Shown: positions 1-12,300 of the stretch, piece after piece
Numbering within the stretch: position 1 is the first letter of the stretch
Layout of the letters: each line of letters begins with the position of its first letter
Assembly: GCA_043228905.1 (NCBI GenBank)
Contig: JBHGNT010000011.1
Location: forward strand, 4,092,001 to 4,156,000
DNA: 64,000 nucleotides
Direction: 5' to 3'
DNA from: Azolla caroliniana
Taxonomy: Eukaryota; Plantae; Polypodiophyta
Notes under the pieces: model-generated
The model's input: the letters and a program-made list of their open reading frames with translations, nothing else
Told to the model about the DNA's origin: nothing
The model's database searches: none
Program-made: the position numbers and the translations under genes

Positions 1-1275
1 ACATGCATGTGCTTTCTCTTGCATTTGGAGAAGTTGTTGAGTAACTTCCCATATGAAGTTGTTGAGTAACTTCCCATATTCGTCTCTTTCTTTGAATAAG
101 CCTTTTATAGTCATGCAAATGCTTTTGGTAATTTTCTTTATCCTTAACTACATCCAAAACCATAAGGCACTTTCGAGCTTCATGACATTCTTTATCAAAC
201 CATTTTTTCTTACATTTCTTGGTGCATTTCCATGATGTGCGGTTGGTCGAAACACATTTATTTGTACAAGAGAGAATGGAATTCTTAAAAGCTTCCCATT
301 TGCATTCTAGTGTGGCACCATGTTGTGTCTTTGTCATTTGTAACTTATCCTCAACCATCTTGGAATACATGGGCGCTCACTTAAGATTCATGCTCAAGTG
401 CATTTGTTTACTATCTTCAATGACCTTCTCGCAATCAAACCTATGCATACATTTGAGATCAATACATAAATTCCTATGATCGGATTCCGGTGTCCATTCC
501 CCCAATGAGAATTTATGTATACGATCCAAAATACCTTCGGAAAGTAGCACATAGTCAATCACACTATTTCCATTGTGTTTTCTACATGTAAAGCCGTTAG
601 TATTGGGCCATAAGGAAACACCATTTGCAATAAGAAATCTGGTACTATTGCACATTTGTAGGAGTAGTTTCCCAATTGGTCCGGATCTTTTTCATCGCTA
701 GAAGATCGACTATACATTTGCATATCCTCTTGCATCCTTAAGATATGTGGCATGAAAGATTCTTGTGAATCAAGTTGGAAACTTCTTGTACGAGCATTCA
801 TGTCACCAAAGACAATAACTTCCCCGTTGGATTTGAAATAAGCAATATCATCTTCTAGATTTGCAAAAGGATGATCTTTATCCAAACAAGCATAGAAGTT
901 AGAATCTTGATGAGGAATGTAACATCCAATGACAAAAGTGGGCAAATCATAAGGTGTTTCTATTTTGAGCCATATGTAGCATTTATGTTCATCATTTTTT
1001 ATGATTGACACATATTTCTCTATTTCCTTCTTAATCAAACATGCCACCCCTCCTTGTCCTCTTCTTTGTCTTGGATTTTTCTCCCATATCAAAGAGTGTA
1101 CATTATAGTTTCCTAAACCTTGAATCCTTTGAGTATCATGCTCCCATGTTTCAACAAGAAGTGTGATATCCGAGTCATCGATAAACTCCTCTATGCCAAA
1201 TCCCCCATTCCATGGATATCCATTGCAATTCCAAAAACATAGTAGTAAAAGACGTGGTTTAGTCTCATAGGTCAC
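1..1275 (-). pseudogene. LINE ORF2 N-terminus: APE endonuclease and linker, frameshifted
   Basis: Motifs WNCNG, LVETW, GGVA, YIPH, GDMNAR, SVIDY and SDH are spread over ORFs 559-1275 and 377-655. Confidence 0.9.
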
Positions 1276-1289
1276 GTGTCCCTATTTGC

Positions 1290-2141
1290 CTACATTTCCA
1301 TCTTTAAGCACATCCTTAACCTTTTTTTCAATCTTTCTTCATATGCTTTACGACGGGCATTTTGTTGTGGGATAGTACGATCTTCACTCACAACACATTG
1401 CGTACCTTTGAGGTATACCCAACTATTTTCAAGTATGATCCACCGCTTTGTATCATCTGTCATTGTGCATACAATGGGCCTTTCTCCGGAGCAAGTAACA
1501 CCATGTTTCCCAACTCGGTGTGCCCCATATACATTCGCATCCGACATCCCATAATGCATGCTAAAAAATTCACGAATGGCCTTTCCAAGGGAAGCGAGTG
1601 TTTCCATACTCTCCTCTTTAATCCCACGAATAACAATGTTTTTTTATCTTCATTCACACACTTTCAATTCTCGGGCATCTATGCTTTCTATATTCTTCTC
1701 TTGATGCATCACATGCATATTAGATGAGTTTGATACCCCATCCCCACCACATAAATTGGCCCATGATTTCGTTGTGCATACATTTTTCATCTCACTTACA
1801 TCCCGCCTCATCGTGTCTAATTTTTCTTCGTTTAATGCTTCCTTTAACTCATTTGTTTCGAAAGAAGCTCTTTTACATTCTTGAATCTCTTCTTCAAGTT
1901 TTGCAACCACTTTCTTAAGAATTTTATTCTCAATGACAATAGTTTGGAGCTTAGCATTCTCTTTCATTAACATCCTAATCTCTTCACCTTGCTTGTTTAT
2001 GGTTTCTTGAAGAGAAATCAAGTGACTCATAAGCATTTTGTCCATTGTGTTTATTGCATTGGAATCCACATTTGTTGGTGATTTTGGTTCATTATCAATC
2101 ATACTCCCGAACTTTGAGGCGGCCTTATGAGTGTGTGTCAT
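1290..2141 (-). pseudogene. LINE ORF1 (coiled coil + RRM-like C-terminal region), frameshifted
   Basis: ORF 1650-2141 is heptad-rich. ORF 1290-1607 has AHRVG...RPIVC...VSEDRT..QQ..RR, a typical ORF1 C-terminal pattern. Confidence 0.7.
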
Positions 2142-2384
2142 TGTAGGACCAATCCCTATGAGAAGAAAGAGAGGGAGTGGGAGAGAGAAAATGTACCTTT
2201 CACTTGATTTAGAGCTTCAAAATCTACCTTGCGTTGGCCGTGGGGCAAAGATGGATGCGTACAAAAATGCTCATAACTTCTCGCCATGGTAACGGAATTT
2301 AGTAAATGAACATTCTTTAGAAAGCTCTCTGAAAGAGCTTTCCAATTAGCTATAGAATGTAAAAAATGATTGCTAGCGTGAAAC

Positions 2385-2410
2385 GAGAGAGAGAGAGAGA
2401 GAGAGAGAGA
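2385..2410. repeat. (GA)n microsatellite
   Basis: About 13 GA units read directly. Confidence 0.95.
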
Positions 2411-2599
2411 GCATAGAGTTATACAAAAATAATAGAAACCGTATTAGCAATAGAATAAGATAACCAACAGTTACAAAGAGGAGGGGAAGGTGATTATATC
2501 GTCACTTGAAAAAGAGGTGGAGACTTAATTATCTACTAAATATGTGTCATAGAACCTTAAAGTTCTGTGGCACACTAGGGAAGTTGAGTTTGATTCTCA

Positions 2600-2765
2600 A
2601 CACGATGTTAGTCAAGAATAAGCTATCCTATTCAAATACGTATTTATGATTCATTCATAGTTAATCATTATGCTTATATGTCAGAAATATAAACGTGGAA
2701 GAGTCATCATGTTTTGAGGAAGCAAAAAAAAGTGAGAAATGGTGAGATGCAATGGATGAGGAGAC
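2600..2765 (+). pseudogene. Small degenerate Copia INT-RT linker fragment
   Basis: Translates in pieces to NHYAYMS...SCFEEAKKSEKW*DAMDEE, similar to Copia B 5093-5551. Confidence 0.55.
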
Positions 2766-3617
2766 TTACAAGTGTACATGGTCCAGCCCCCCAAATTTCA
2801 GTTGGAGATGAACAAGTCGGCGGTGTGCCAACTCAAGAAGTCCCTTTACGCCCTGAAGCAAACCCCTCGAGCTTGGAATTCAAAGATCATGCACCAATTG
2901 TGTAAGATGGGGTTTGCGGCTTCCAAGTTTGATTCTTCATTGTTCATCCAGAAAGGTCCAAAGGGTCCGGTGTGCATTCTGCTATACGTTGACGACTTGG
3001 TCGTCACCGAACCCGACCTCTCTGAAATCGGCCAACTGTAGTCCCAACTATTGGAAGCATTTGAGATGGACCTAGGGAACCTTCACTACTTCATCGGGAT
3101 CGAAGTGATCCACACCCCCTACGACATATTGTTGTCTCAGTGACACTATGTTTTGAATATGTTGTTCAAGTTCAGCATGACCGATTGCCGACCGGCCTCA
3201 ACACCCCTTAAAAGGAATATGAAGCTACGTCCCCACTCCGGACCGGCCTACAACGAGAAACGGTTCCAAAAAATTGTCAGAAGCCTCATATACCTAACTA
3301 TCACCCGAACCAACCTTAGGTATCCGATCTGGGTGATCAGTCAGTTTATGCAGCGACCGACCGTCGAGCACCTTCAGTGCACGCATCGACTACTGCATTA
3401 CGTGAGCAGCACTAAGGATCGGGGACTGTTGTACCGACATGGTCTAACTGAAAAATTAATCGATTATACTAATGCCGACTGGGCTAGTGATGCATTAGAT
3501 CATCGGTTAACATCCAGCTTTATGTTTTCTCTCGAGAGCACAGATGTTACATGGAGCAACAAGAAGCAATCGATAGTGGCCCTGTCGAGCATTGAGGTTG
3601 AGAAATGAGGAGCTACC

Positions 3618-3957
3618 TGTTACGAAGGTGCTACGGCTCTTCTTAGTGCACAACGGATCATGGTGTGTTGGATCGTTAGTGTGTTCAAGAGAGAAAGAAA
3701 GGGGGAAAGGAAATTCACCTCAATAGCAGCCCAAAAACATTATGTTTCATTACCCAGAGAAAACCTCTCTCGTCTATCTTACTCTTACTTTTTTACCTAA
3801 GTATATAAGTGACTTACATATTCAGCTAATTAGCTGTGAGTAGCTAAATAGTTGTTTTACCTATATGTCTAATAGTATGTAATTTCCAAATAGCTACTAT
3901 AGAATATCTCAGTTACCAATAAGTGTCACATGCTTTAGTTGAGCTTGTTTCTTAACA
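3618..3957 (-). repeat. Copia B 3' LTR
   Basis: TG...CA termini, adjacent ctccccctc PPT (minus strand GAGGGGGAG), matches 15999-16366. Confidence 0.9.
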
Positions 3958-3975
3958 CTCCCCCTCAAGCTCAAC

Positions 3976-5551
3976 TTATCCATTCTTGAGATCATCTTCA
4001 GTCTTCTTTCCGTCATGATTTCCAGCCATCGTACCTATGCTTATAACTCCCATCATGTCTTTGAACTGTGTATGTTTTTCTATGCTTAGTCCCTTTGTAA
4101 GAATGGCAACAACTTGCTTATTTGCACTCACATACTCCAGATCTACTTCTCCATCAATCACTTTTTCTCTAACAAAGTGATAATGCACTTCAATGTGCTT
4201 TCTTCTTGCATGGAACATTGGGGTTTTTGTGATCTGAATGTTGCTCATATTGTCACACCAAATTGTGACTGCACCATCTATATACTCTCCCAAATCAGCA
4301 ATCAATCTTCTAATCCATACTTCTTCACAAGTGGCTATTGTAGCTCCTCTATATTCAGCTTCCGTACTTGATAATGCAACAGTAGCTTGTTTCTTGCTAC
4401 TCCATGAAATAGTTGCCCTTCCCAATGTAAACATATATCCACTTGTGGATCTTCCAGCCCAATCAGCATTTGTATATCCTTCTAACTTTATGTCCAGATC
4501 AACCCTGTATAATAGTCCATAGTTTTGAGTAGCTTTAACATACCTCAAAATTCTTCTAATGCAATCCAAATGTGGCTTTGTTGGTTGTTGCATAAAGTGG
4601 CTGACTAATCCAACTCTATAACTTAAATCGGGTCTTTTTATAGTAAGGTATATGAGGTTACCCACCATAGACCTGAACATGTTCACATCTGCTATTTTTG
4701 CTCCCAAATCAGCCCTCAATTTGCAGTTCTTATCCAATGGTACATCAATAGGTTTGCATCCAAGCATTCCATATTTCTTCAGCACAGTTGTAATATATTG
4801 TTTTTGCAACATATATATACCACTTTTAGATTTGATTATCTCAATACCAAGAAAGTATTTCAGCTCTCCGAAGTCCTTCATATGAAACTGCATTTCCAGA
4901 TTTTTCTTCAGTTACTTGCTTATTTCATCCATAGAATCACCTCCAATGACTAAATCATCTACATAAATCAAAATAACAACAATGCAATCATTTATCCTGT
5001 TTACATACAATGATGGATCAGCCTTTGACATTTTGAAAGCAATTTTTTTCAAAGATTCTAAAAGTTCTTTGTGTCATGCTCTTGGTGCTTTTTTAGCTTA
5101 CAAACATATTCTGGATGCTTCTTATCTTCAAATCCTGGTGGTTCAAACATATAAAATTCCTCTTCCAAGTTACCATGTAAAAAGACAATTTTTTACATCC
5201 ATATGGTGCAGCTACAGTTAAAACAAGTAGTGTCCTCAGGGTTGCCATTTTTGCATTCGGTGCAATTGTCTCATCATAATCAATTCCTTGCATTTGGGCA
5301 TATCCCTTTGCAACAAGTCTTGCTTTATGTCTACTTACATTCCCACTGAAATAATGCTTTGTTTTGTAGACCCATTTGCAACCTACCACATTTTTTCCTT
5401 TTGGCAATTTTACCAAATCCCATGTTTTGTTTTTAGCCAATGCATCCATTTCTTCTTGCATTTCATTCACCCATTTCTTCTCAGCTTTTGCTTCATCGAA
5501 ACTATTTGGATCAAGGATTTTTACCACTTTAGACATATACGCGTAATGCAT
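3976..5551 (-). pseudogene. pol: Copia B pol: RT + RNase H, disrupted
   Basis: WDLVKLP..CKWVYK..KARLVAKGY, MKDFGELKYFLG, ADWAG..STSGY, KHIEVHYHFVRE. Confidence 0.9.
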
Positions 5552-5608
5552 CTAGTCATGTATGTATCATATCCATATCTTTCAACAGATTTTTTCTCTC
5601 TATCTGAT

Positions 5609-5997
5609 TGTTGTCTGCCTGGCCGGACTAGCCTCAACACAGGTGTCTATCCGACACTTCTCCAAAGGGGTGGTAAGGATTGGATGCTAGGTTACACGCG
5701 TAAGATGATTACAATTAAGCACAGACGGTAAACAATACGAGATACAGATAAACACGCAATAATTACTATTGTATTACTTCGGTCAAACCCTTTACAAATC
5801 ACCGGATCCTTTTATAGGCATCCGGCAAGGTTACAATTGGTGCGCTTAGGCAACCGACATCCGAATCGGTCCGGATCCGGATCGGTACAACTGTACCGGA
5901 TCCGTCCCTCCGAATAATAATTCTACTATTATTTACTTCCTATTATCCGATCCGACTCCGCCTTCCCACTTGTCCTTGCTCTTCTGACCGGCCAACA
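5609..5997 (-). repeat. Gypsy-1 3' LTR
   Basis: TG..CA termini; direct repeat of 15222-15610. Confidence 0.95.
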
Positions 5998-5999
5998 CA

Positions 6000-6039
6000 T
6001 GGCACGCCCGTGGGAAAGTGCCTTGCACTTCGAATCCAC
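6000..6039 (-). promoter_or_regulatory. tRNA-3'-end-like motif in place of the PPT (inverted second PBS)
   Basis: Minus strand reads GTGGATTCGA-AGTGCAAGGCACT-TTCCCAC-GGGCGTG-CCA, then TG and the LTR. No purine tract abuts the LTR. Confidence 0.75.
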
Positions 6040-6047
6040 TCCCGGCC

Positions 6048-8951
6048 TCATTCTTCCTCCAAAATATCGAGCACACTCTGCTCGATGGTGTCAAGTGGTG
6101 CTTCTTCCTCCTGTTCCTGTTCCTTGCCTGCCTGGTCTCCGACCTCCGGTTGGGTGGGCTATTCCATAAAAATTTGTTGCTCCGGCTCTGCTTGATTCTG
6201 TGGTGCCGGTGCTTCCTCACCGCTTCGTCCGGGTTCTTCCTGTTCTCCCTCTGTTCCAGGCTCTGTTCTGTTACCAGTGTCGCTTTCTCCGGTCTCGACT
6301 GGTTGGCTCGGTACGCCTTCTTCCTCTGCTCTGGTGTCTTCCGGTCTCAGCTCTTCTTCTTCTCCGGCATCGGTCTGCTCCTGCTCTTCTTCTTCTCCTT
6401 CGAACGGAAGTTCTTCTTCGGGTATTCCTCGTCGGGGTTGTTCGGTGTCGGTTGGTTCAACTTCAGCCGGTCGCTCTCCCTCACTTATAGTGATTGGCGT
6501 CATTCTTCCCTTAGCTTCCTGTCGTAACCGGTCCTGCTCGCATCTCTCCAACTCCAACTGAGTTGCGAGCTGCCCGTCATCCAACCTCTCTACCAACCCT
6601 CGGATTTCTTTGAGATGTTCTTCCGCTAACGTGTAGAAATCTTTCGACAATTCTTCCCGAATGGCGACGATACTTTCCTCATCCATCTTGTAGAACTTGT
6701 CATCGGTCTTCCTCCGATTCTCGGCATCCGCTCGGAGTGTCTGTAGCTCGGCTGCCTGTTGTGACCACTCCTTCCATAGCTTTTCCGTACTTTCGTTGAT
6801 GCTTGCCTGAGCTCGGGTACTCCATCCTGACATGATGAGCTTGATCAGGTCAACCCCTGCCTTAGCATGCGCATAAGCTTCTTGCTTTTCCTTCCTTGCC
6901 CGTTTTATAATGTCGGCCATTATCTGAGCCTGGGCCTCGTAATCTGCTTTCTGCTTTTCATAGGTACTTTGCAGTTTGCTGATCGTGAAGGTCGATTTTT
7001 CCTTTTCTTCATTCTTGATCTTGGTCAGATCCAGCTTTTCCCGCCTTAGCGCCTCTAATTCCTTCCTTCTCTCCGTCGCTTGGGCTATTTCCACCGACAA
7101 TGCTTCCTTGTTGGCACTGACCTCATCTATTGCGTTAGCCAGGTCTAATCGGGTCTCTTTGAGCTGTTCTTTCAGCTTCTCTATTTGCCGGTCGTAGTCT
7201 GCTGCCCGTTTCTTGTTGTCTGACTCGGCCTGCTTGTGATCTCGGTAGAGACGGTCGAAGTCCTCCGTCTTCTGCTTCAGGCGTCGGTTTGCCTGAGCTC
7301 TTAACCGATCGTCCCGGTCCTTCTGTTGTCAGAGTTCTTCCTGCAGTCGTTCTATCTCCTGCTCGGCATGTCGACGCAGTCGGTCCTTCTCCTTTTGCAG
7401 CTTCTCTTTTTCTTCTTGCAGTCGGTCATTAGTGGCTCGACCTTTCCGGAGGCCTTCTTCCATTTTTCGTCTGTCGTCCTCCACCGCTTTCCGCTGCTCC
7501 CTTTCTCTTTCCCTTAATGCCTCCTGAGCTTTTAATTCCTCTCATAAGGTTTCTATTATTTTTTCGGTCTCAGGGCCGGTTTGCAAGGCTACTGGTTCCG
7601 GTTCCGGTTCTGGTTGCTTCCTTGTTGTCCCGACCGGCTCGGTGACAACTTGTGCTTGTTGAATTCCTTCCCTTGCCTGCAACAGCTCCCCTTGCATTTC
7701 CTCGATCTGTGTTCGGAGCGCGACCAACTCCTGAGTTGTTGTATGCGTCAGCTGTTGCCTACACGTTTCTTCTTTCTCTAACTGGTCCGCTACTCCCGAT
7801 AACTGCTCCGAAAGCCATCTCAGCCATTGTGGCTTTGTTCTTCCTGTCTCGGGGTGGCCTTGCTCAGGCTGTTTTTCCGGCCTTTTCTCTGGCTCCGCCG
7901 CTTGTTCATTCTTCTTCTCTGGGATGACCGGTTCTCTAAAGTCCGGCGCAACCAGTGTCGGTGCTACTTCCCTCGGTACGGGTTCCGGTACTGCTTCCGC
8001 CTCGGCTACTGGAGGTGGTCCTTGCGCCCTCTGTTGAGTTTTGTCAACTGGTGGAGCCGGTCCTTTCGCCCGTCTCTCCCGACCCTGTCTTGCTAGGAGT
8101 CTTACCAGTGGTTCGGATGAGTCTTCTGTTTCAGCTTCCTCCGCCGGCGCGGCTACCAGGCGGACCTTTTGTATAAAGACCTCTGGTTCTGGTTCCGGCC
8201 ATCGCAGCGTTATATGGATTGGTTTGCGCGCTACCGGTTCCCCCTCGGCCGATTTCCCTTTGCCTTTACCTGCCGGTTTTGCCTTTGTTGCCGGTTCCTG
8301 TTGCTGTCGGGATGGTCCTTTCCCCCGCTGTTCTGCTTCTTGCTGGGTCCATCCGGGGGTGTGTTTCTCCAAGATCTGTCGGCGCTTTGTGACCTTTTTC
8401 GGCGTCGTCTCCTGCCGACCTCTTTTCTTTTGTGTGATGGGGAGCACCGGTGGGACTAACACCGTTAGCCATTGTGCTATCCCGGCCCATGGCTTTTTTC
8501 CTTCCACAAGATTTTTGATGGCCTCCTTCAATCCTTCGGTTATGAAATGGAGCCAGTCTATTTGTAACCCTTCGTACGCTGCTATTAAGAACGCTGCCCG
8601 GTACTTGGGTATGGCCGGGGGACGGGGATTCACGAATCCGTATTCCATCATGGCGCGGGCCACTTCTCCGAACAGCAGGTTCTCTCCGCCCTGCGTTCGG
8701 TACGCCTTGCTGCTGATAGAGTACTCACCGAAATATTCGAACAGGATTTCACTTGAAGGGTTTTCGATTGTTTGAAGTCCTCCTGCTTTTATCCCCGTGA
8801 GCGCCTGCACCGCTCCTTCTGTGACTTCTGATAAATCGATTGATGCTGCCGCCTGCTCTGGTTCTGCGTGTGGTGGAGCGTCGGCGATCCGCAGCAATCT
8901 TTTTAACCCGTTCTCCCTCATCCATTTGCGTGCCTCTTCCGACAGTACCAT
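6048..8951 (-). pseudogene. Gypsy-1 extra ORF (~967 aa; globular N-terminus, P/E-rich linker, long coiled coil)
   Basis: ORFs 7542-8951 and 6159-7100 are in one frame, broken by premature stops. The frame ends EQSVLDILEEE* and is homologous to 41636-44428. Confidence 0.85.
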
Positions 8952-9372
8952 TGTTTCGAATTCTTCTTCTACTGCCTGTTGTTCGGGATCGGGTTGTGTG
9001 TGCTCTGTGCGTCGGATCGCTCTTCTGTGCTTCTGCGCCTGTATGTAGGAAAATTCGTAAAAAGTGAGTCCTTCGCAGGCCTATGTCTTATATAGTGGCT
9101 TTTGCCTCGAGCCGCCCTTTTTCGTTTCCCGCGCATGTTCCTCTCCCGCCATAATTAGTATGTCCTTTCTTGTTTGCCGCGTGTGAGTGCCCACGTTCCA
9201 TGCTTTAAATAGCAAGTACGCGCACGTCCTTCTTTAATGCATGGCGCCTCTTCATTGCATGGTGGCGCTCCCACCTCTTCTGATCTCCCCATCATTACTA
9301 TGATTCGCGTCGATTTTGCCCACGTCTTTTTCTTTTTTCTTTTTCTTTTTTTTTTTCTTTGTTTGGACCACG

Positions 9373-12300
9373 TCATTTGCTGGTCCCCCCCGATTTGTTC
9401 GGGTCGGTTTGTGTGGATACCGGATCCTTCTGTCGGTTTTCCGGGATAGTCTTTGTCAGTATCGGTGTCGGTTCTTCCTCGGTCCGAATATCTTCAGCAG
9501 CGTTTGTCGGTGTCGGTTCCTCATCTTGCTGGATTTCCGGGTTTTGCTTGAACGGGTTTGCTGGCATATTTCCCTTATACAGCTTTAGCCGAAACCCATT
9601 TGCCCACTTGCCGATGACATCTCCAGACAACGTGCCGAGCTAATACGACCCATTGTACTCCTTGGTGATCCAGAACAGTCTGGTCCACCGAAACCGCAAC
9701 TTTCCCGGCATGTTCCCCATCCGTGTCTGGAATAGTAGCACCGGTTTCCCGACTTCGAACTCCTTTTCGTTGCCGCGCCGGTGTCGGTCCACGAAAGCTT
9801 TTCTCCTCCTTTGCTCCAGTTCGAGTTGTAGTAAGCTGGCTATTCGGTTTTCTTCTAATTCCAACAACGTCGCCAGCCGGATTCGTTCGGACTCATTCTC
9901 ACTTAAGCGCTCCTTCACCTGAATCCGTAAGCTGGGGATCCGGAACTCTACCGGCATGACCGCTTCTAAACCGAATGCTAGCCGAAACGGGGTTGTCCGG
10001 ATGCTGGTTTTGTAGGTTGTTCGGTACGCCCATAGCGCGCTTTGCAATTTCGTATCCCAGTCGGTCCGGTTCTTGTTGACGATTTTTCGTAGGATGTTCT
10101 GCAGAGTTTTGTTCGTTGATTCCGCTAGTCCATTGGCTTGAGGGTAGGAGGGAGTACTCTTTTTATGTACCACCGCGTAAAATGACGTCAGGCTTTCTAC
10201 TACCTACCCGAGAAAATGTCCTCCTTGGTCACTTATAAGCTCGATCGGGCATCCATACCGGCACCATATGCACTCGTACAGAAACTTTGCCGTGGACGCG
10301 GCCGTGTTGTCCCGTAAGGCCTTTGCTTCTACCCATTTGGTGCAATAGTCGGTCGCCACTATGACATACCGATTTCCGGTTCGCATTGCCGGTGGTTTGA
10401 AGGGACCGACAAAGTCCAACCCCCACTTTTGAAACGGTTCCAAGGGCAAGACCGGGTGGTGTGGCATCCGGGCCTGCTCTGTGGGTTGGCCCAGTCGTTG
10501 ACACAAATCGCATTCTCTGCTATACTTCACGGCATCTTTTAGGGTGGTCGGCCACCACAGTCCGCTCTGCCATATTTTCCGAGCGGTTGCGTCGCCGGCA
10601 TAATGCCCGCCGGCAATTCCACAGTGGGCTTCCCTGAGGATTAGATCCTTCTCATCGCTCCGCACTGCTCGTCTCCAGATGCCATCTGCCCCCTTGTGAT
10701 AGAGGGTGTCTCCAACCAAGCAGAAATGTCTGCTTCTTACTGCTACCCTTTTCCTTTCATCGCGGTCCATGTTCTCCGGGGGAACTCCGGTGCTCAGGAA
10801 CTGATGCATCTCAGTTAGCCACGTGTCTTCATCGGCTACCGTTGCATCCGTTGCCGGTTTCGTCATGATCCGGAACAACTTGGCGTCGGGAAACTCATCT
10901 TGGACGCCGTCCCCTGCTTCTCCGGATTCGAGTCTGCTTAGGTAGTCCGCTACCGCATGCTGCGCCCCGGGTCGGTGGAAAATGTCGAATTCAAATTCCT
11001 GAAACAGCAGTGTCCATCGTGCAATTTTTCCCGTCAGGGATGCCTTCGAGACTAGGTAGAGTAGTGCCGAATGGTCGACATGGAAGGAAAACTTCCTTCC
11101 GAGCAGATAGTGCCTGTACTTTGTGACACTATACACCATTCCCAATGCCTCGCGTTCCGTCGTAGAGTAATTCCGTTCGGCTTTTGAGAGTTTCCGGCTT
11201 GCGTAGTACACCGGTCGGTACCATTTCGGCTCCGTGAGTTGCATCAGAACGCTGCCGATTGCTACGTCCGACGCGTCGACGAAGACGTGAAAGCTTTTAC
11301 TCCAATCCGGCGGTTGCACCACCGGAGCTTGCGACAGCATAACCTTCAACGCTTGGTAGGCTTCCTCCTCCGTCTCCGCCCATAGGAAGGGTACCCTATG
11401 TACGGCGGTATGTAACGGTGTAGCGAAGTCTGCGAGGTGTCGTATCATCCGGCTATGCCACCTTATTTGGCCCAGGAACCGGCTTAAAGCCTTTGCGTTA
11501 TTTGGTGCTGGTGCCTCGAGAATCGCCTTGACTTTATCCGGATCTACCGCGATTCCTTCCTTACTTACCACGTGCCCTAGTAAGTTGCCGCTTGCCACTC
11601 CAAAGACGCACTTGGCCGGGTTCAGGCTCAATCGGTACTCGCGGCACTTCTCCAAGCACAGCCAGAGGTGATCGAGATGCTCTCCGTGCCGGCTGTAGAC
11701 CGCGAAATCGTCAAGGAAGACCTGCATAAAACCGGGGATATATTCCCCAAAAATTTCCATTATTATCCTTTGAAAGGTCGCTGGAGCCGTCTTTAGTCCG
11801 AACATCATCACGACCGCGACGAACACTCCCCATTCCGTCACGAACGTTGTCTTCTCCTGGTCGGCCGGGTTCATTCGTATTTGGTTGTAACCGCTAAATC
11901 CATCCAGGAAGCTGTAAACTTCGTGGCCGGCTACCGCATCTAACACCCCGTCCGTAAATGGTAGTGGAAACACATCGGTCACTGTTGCGGCATTTAGTTT
12001 TCGGTAGTCCACGCATACCCGTTCTTTTTCGGGACCACCACTATCGGACTTAGCCAGGTTGCCTGCTTGACCGGTCGGATAAATCCGACCCGGAGGAGCT
12101 TATCAATTTCCTCCTTCACCTTCGTCGCATAATTCGGATTCATCCGGTACCTGCATTGAGCGATCGGTTTCGCGTCCGTACTTAGGTGAATTTGGTGCTG
12201 ATAGAGCTGGGGGTCCAGCCCTCGCATGTCTTCGTACGACCACGCGAACACATCCTTGAAGTCTGTTAATAATGCTACCATTGCCTTCTTTTCTTCCTTC

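Larger units (their letters stand above)
1..2410 (-). mobile_element. Degenerate LINE (non-LTR retrotransposon), 5' portion: ORF1 + APE endonuclease; runs off the left edge
   Basis: Minus-strand ORF1 fragments (2141-1290) are followed directly by an apurinic endonuclease domain (1275-377) and a linker with KKWFDKEC. The 5' boundary is uncertain and is placed at the (GA)n tract. Confidence 0.8.

Noticed and set aside
30-79. 25-bp tandem duplication
   Set aside because: A local slippage within the decayed LINE ORF2 with no further structure.
6018-6527. Hydrophobic 169-aa antisense ORF as a membrane/env protein
   Set aside because: It is the mirror of the E/K/Q-rich extra ORF on the other strand and is not conserved as such in Gypsy-3.
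10800-11300. Tat/Ogre assignment via an additional archaeal RNase H
   Set aside because: Only one RNase H is seen between RT and integrase, and none follows it.
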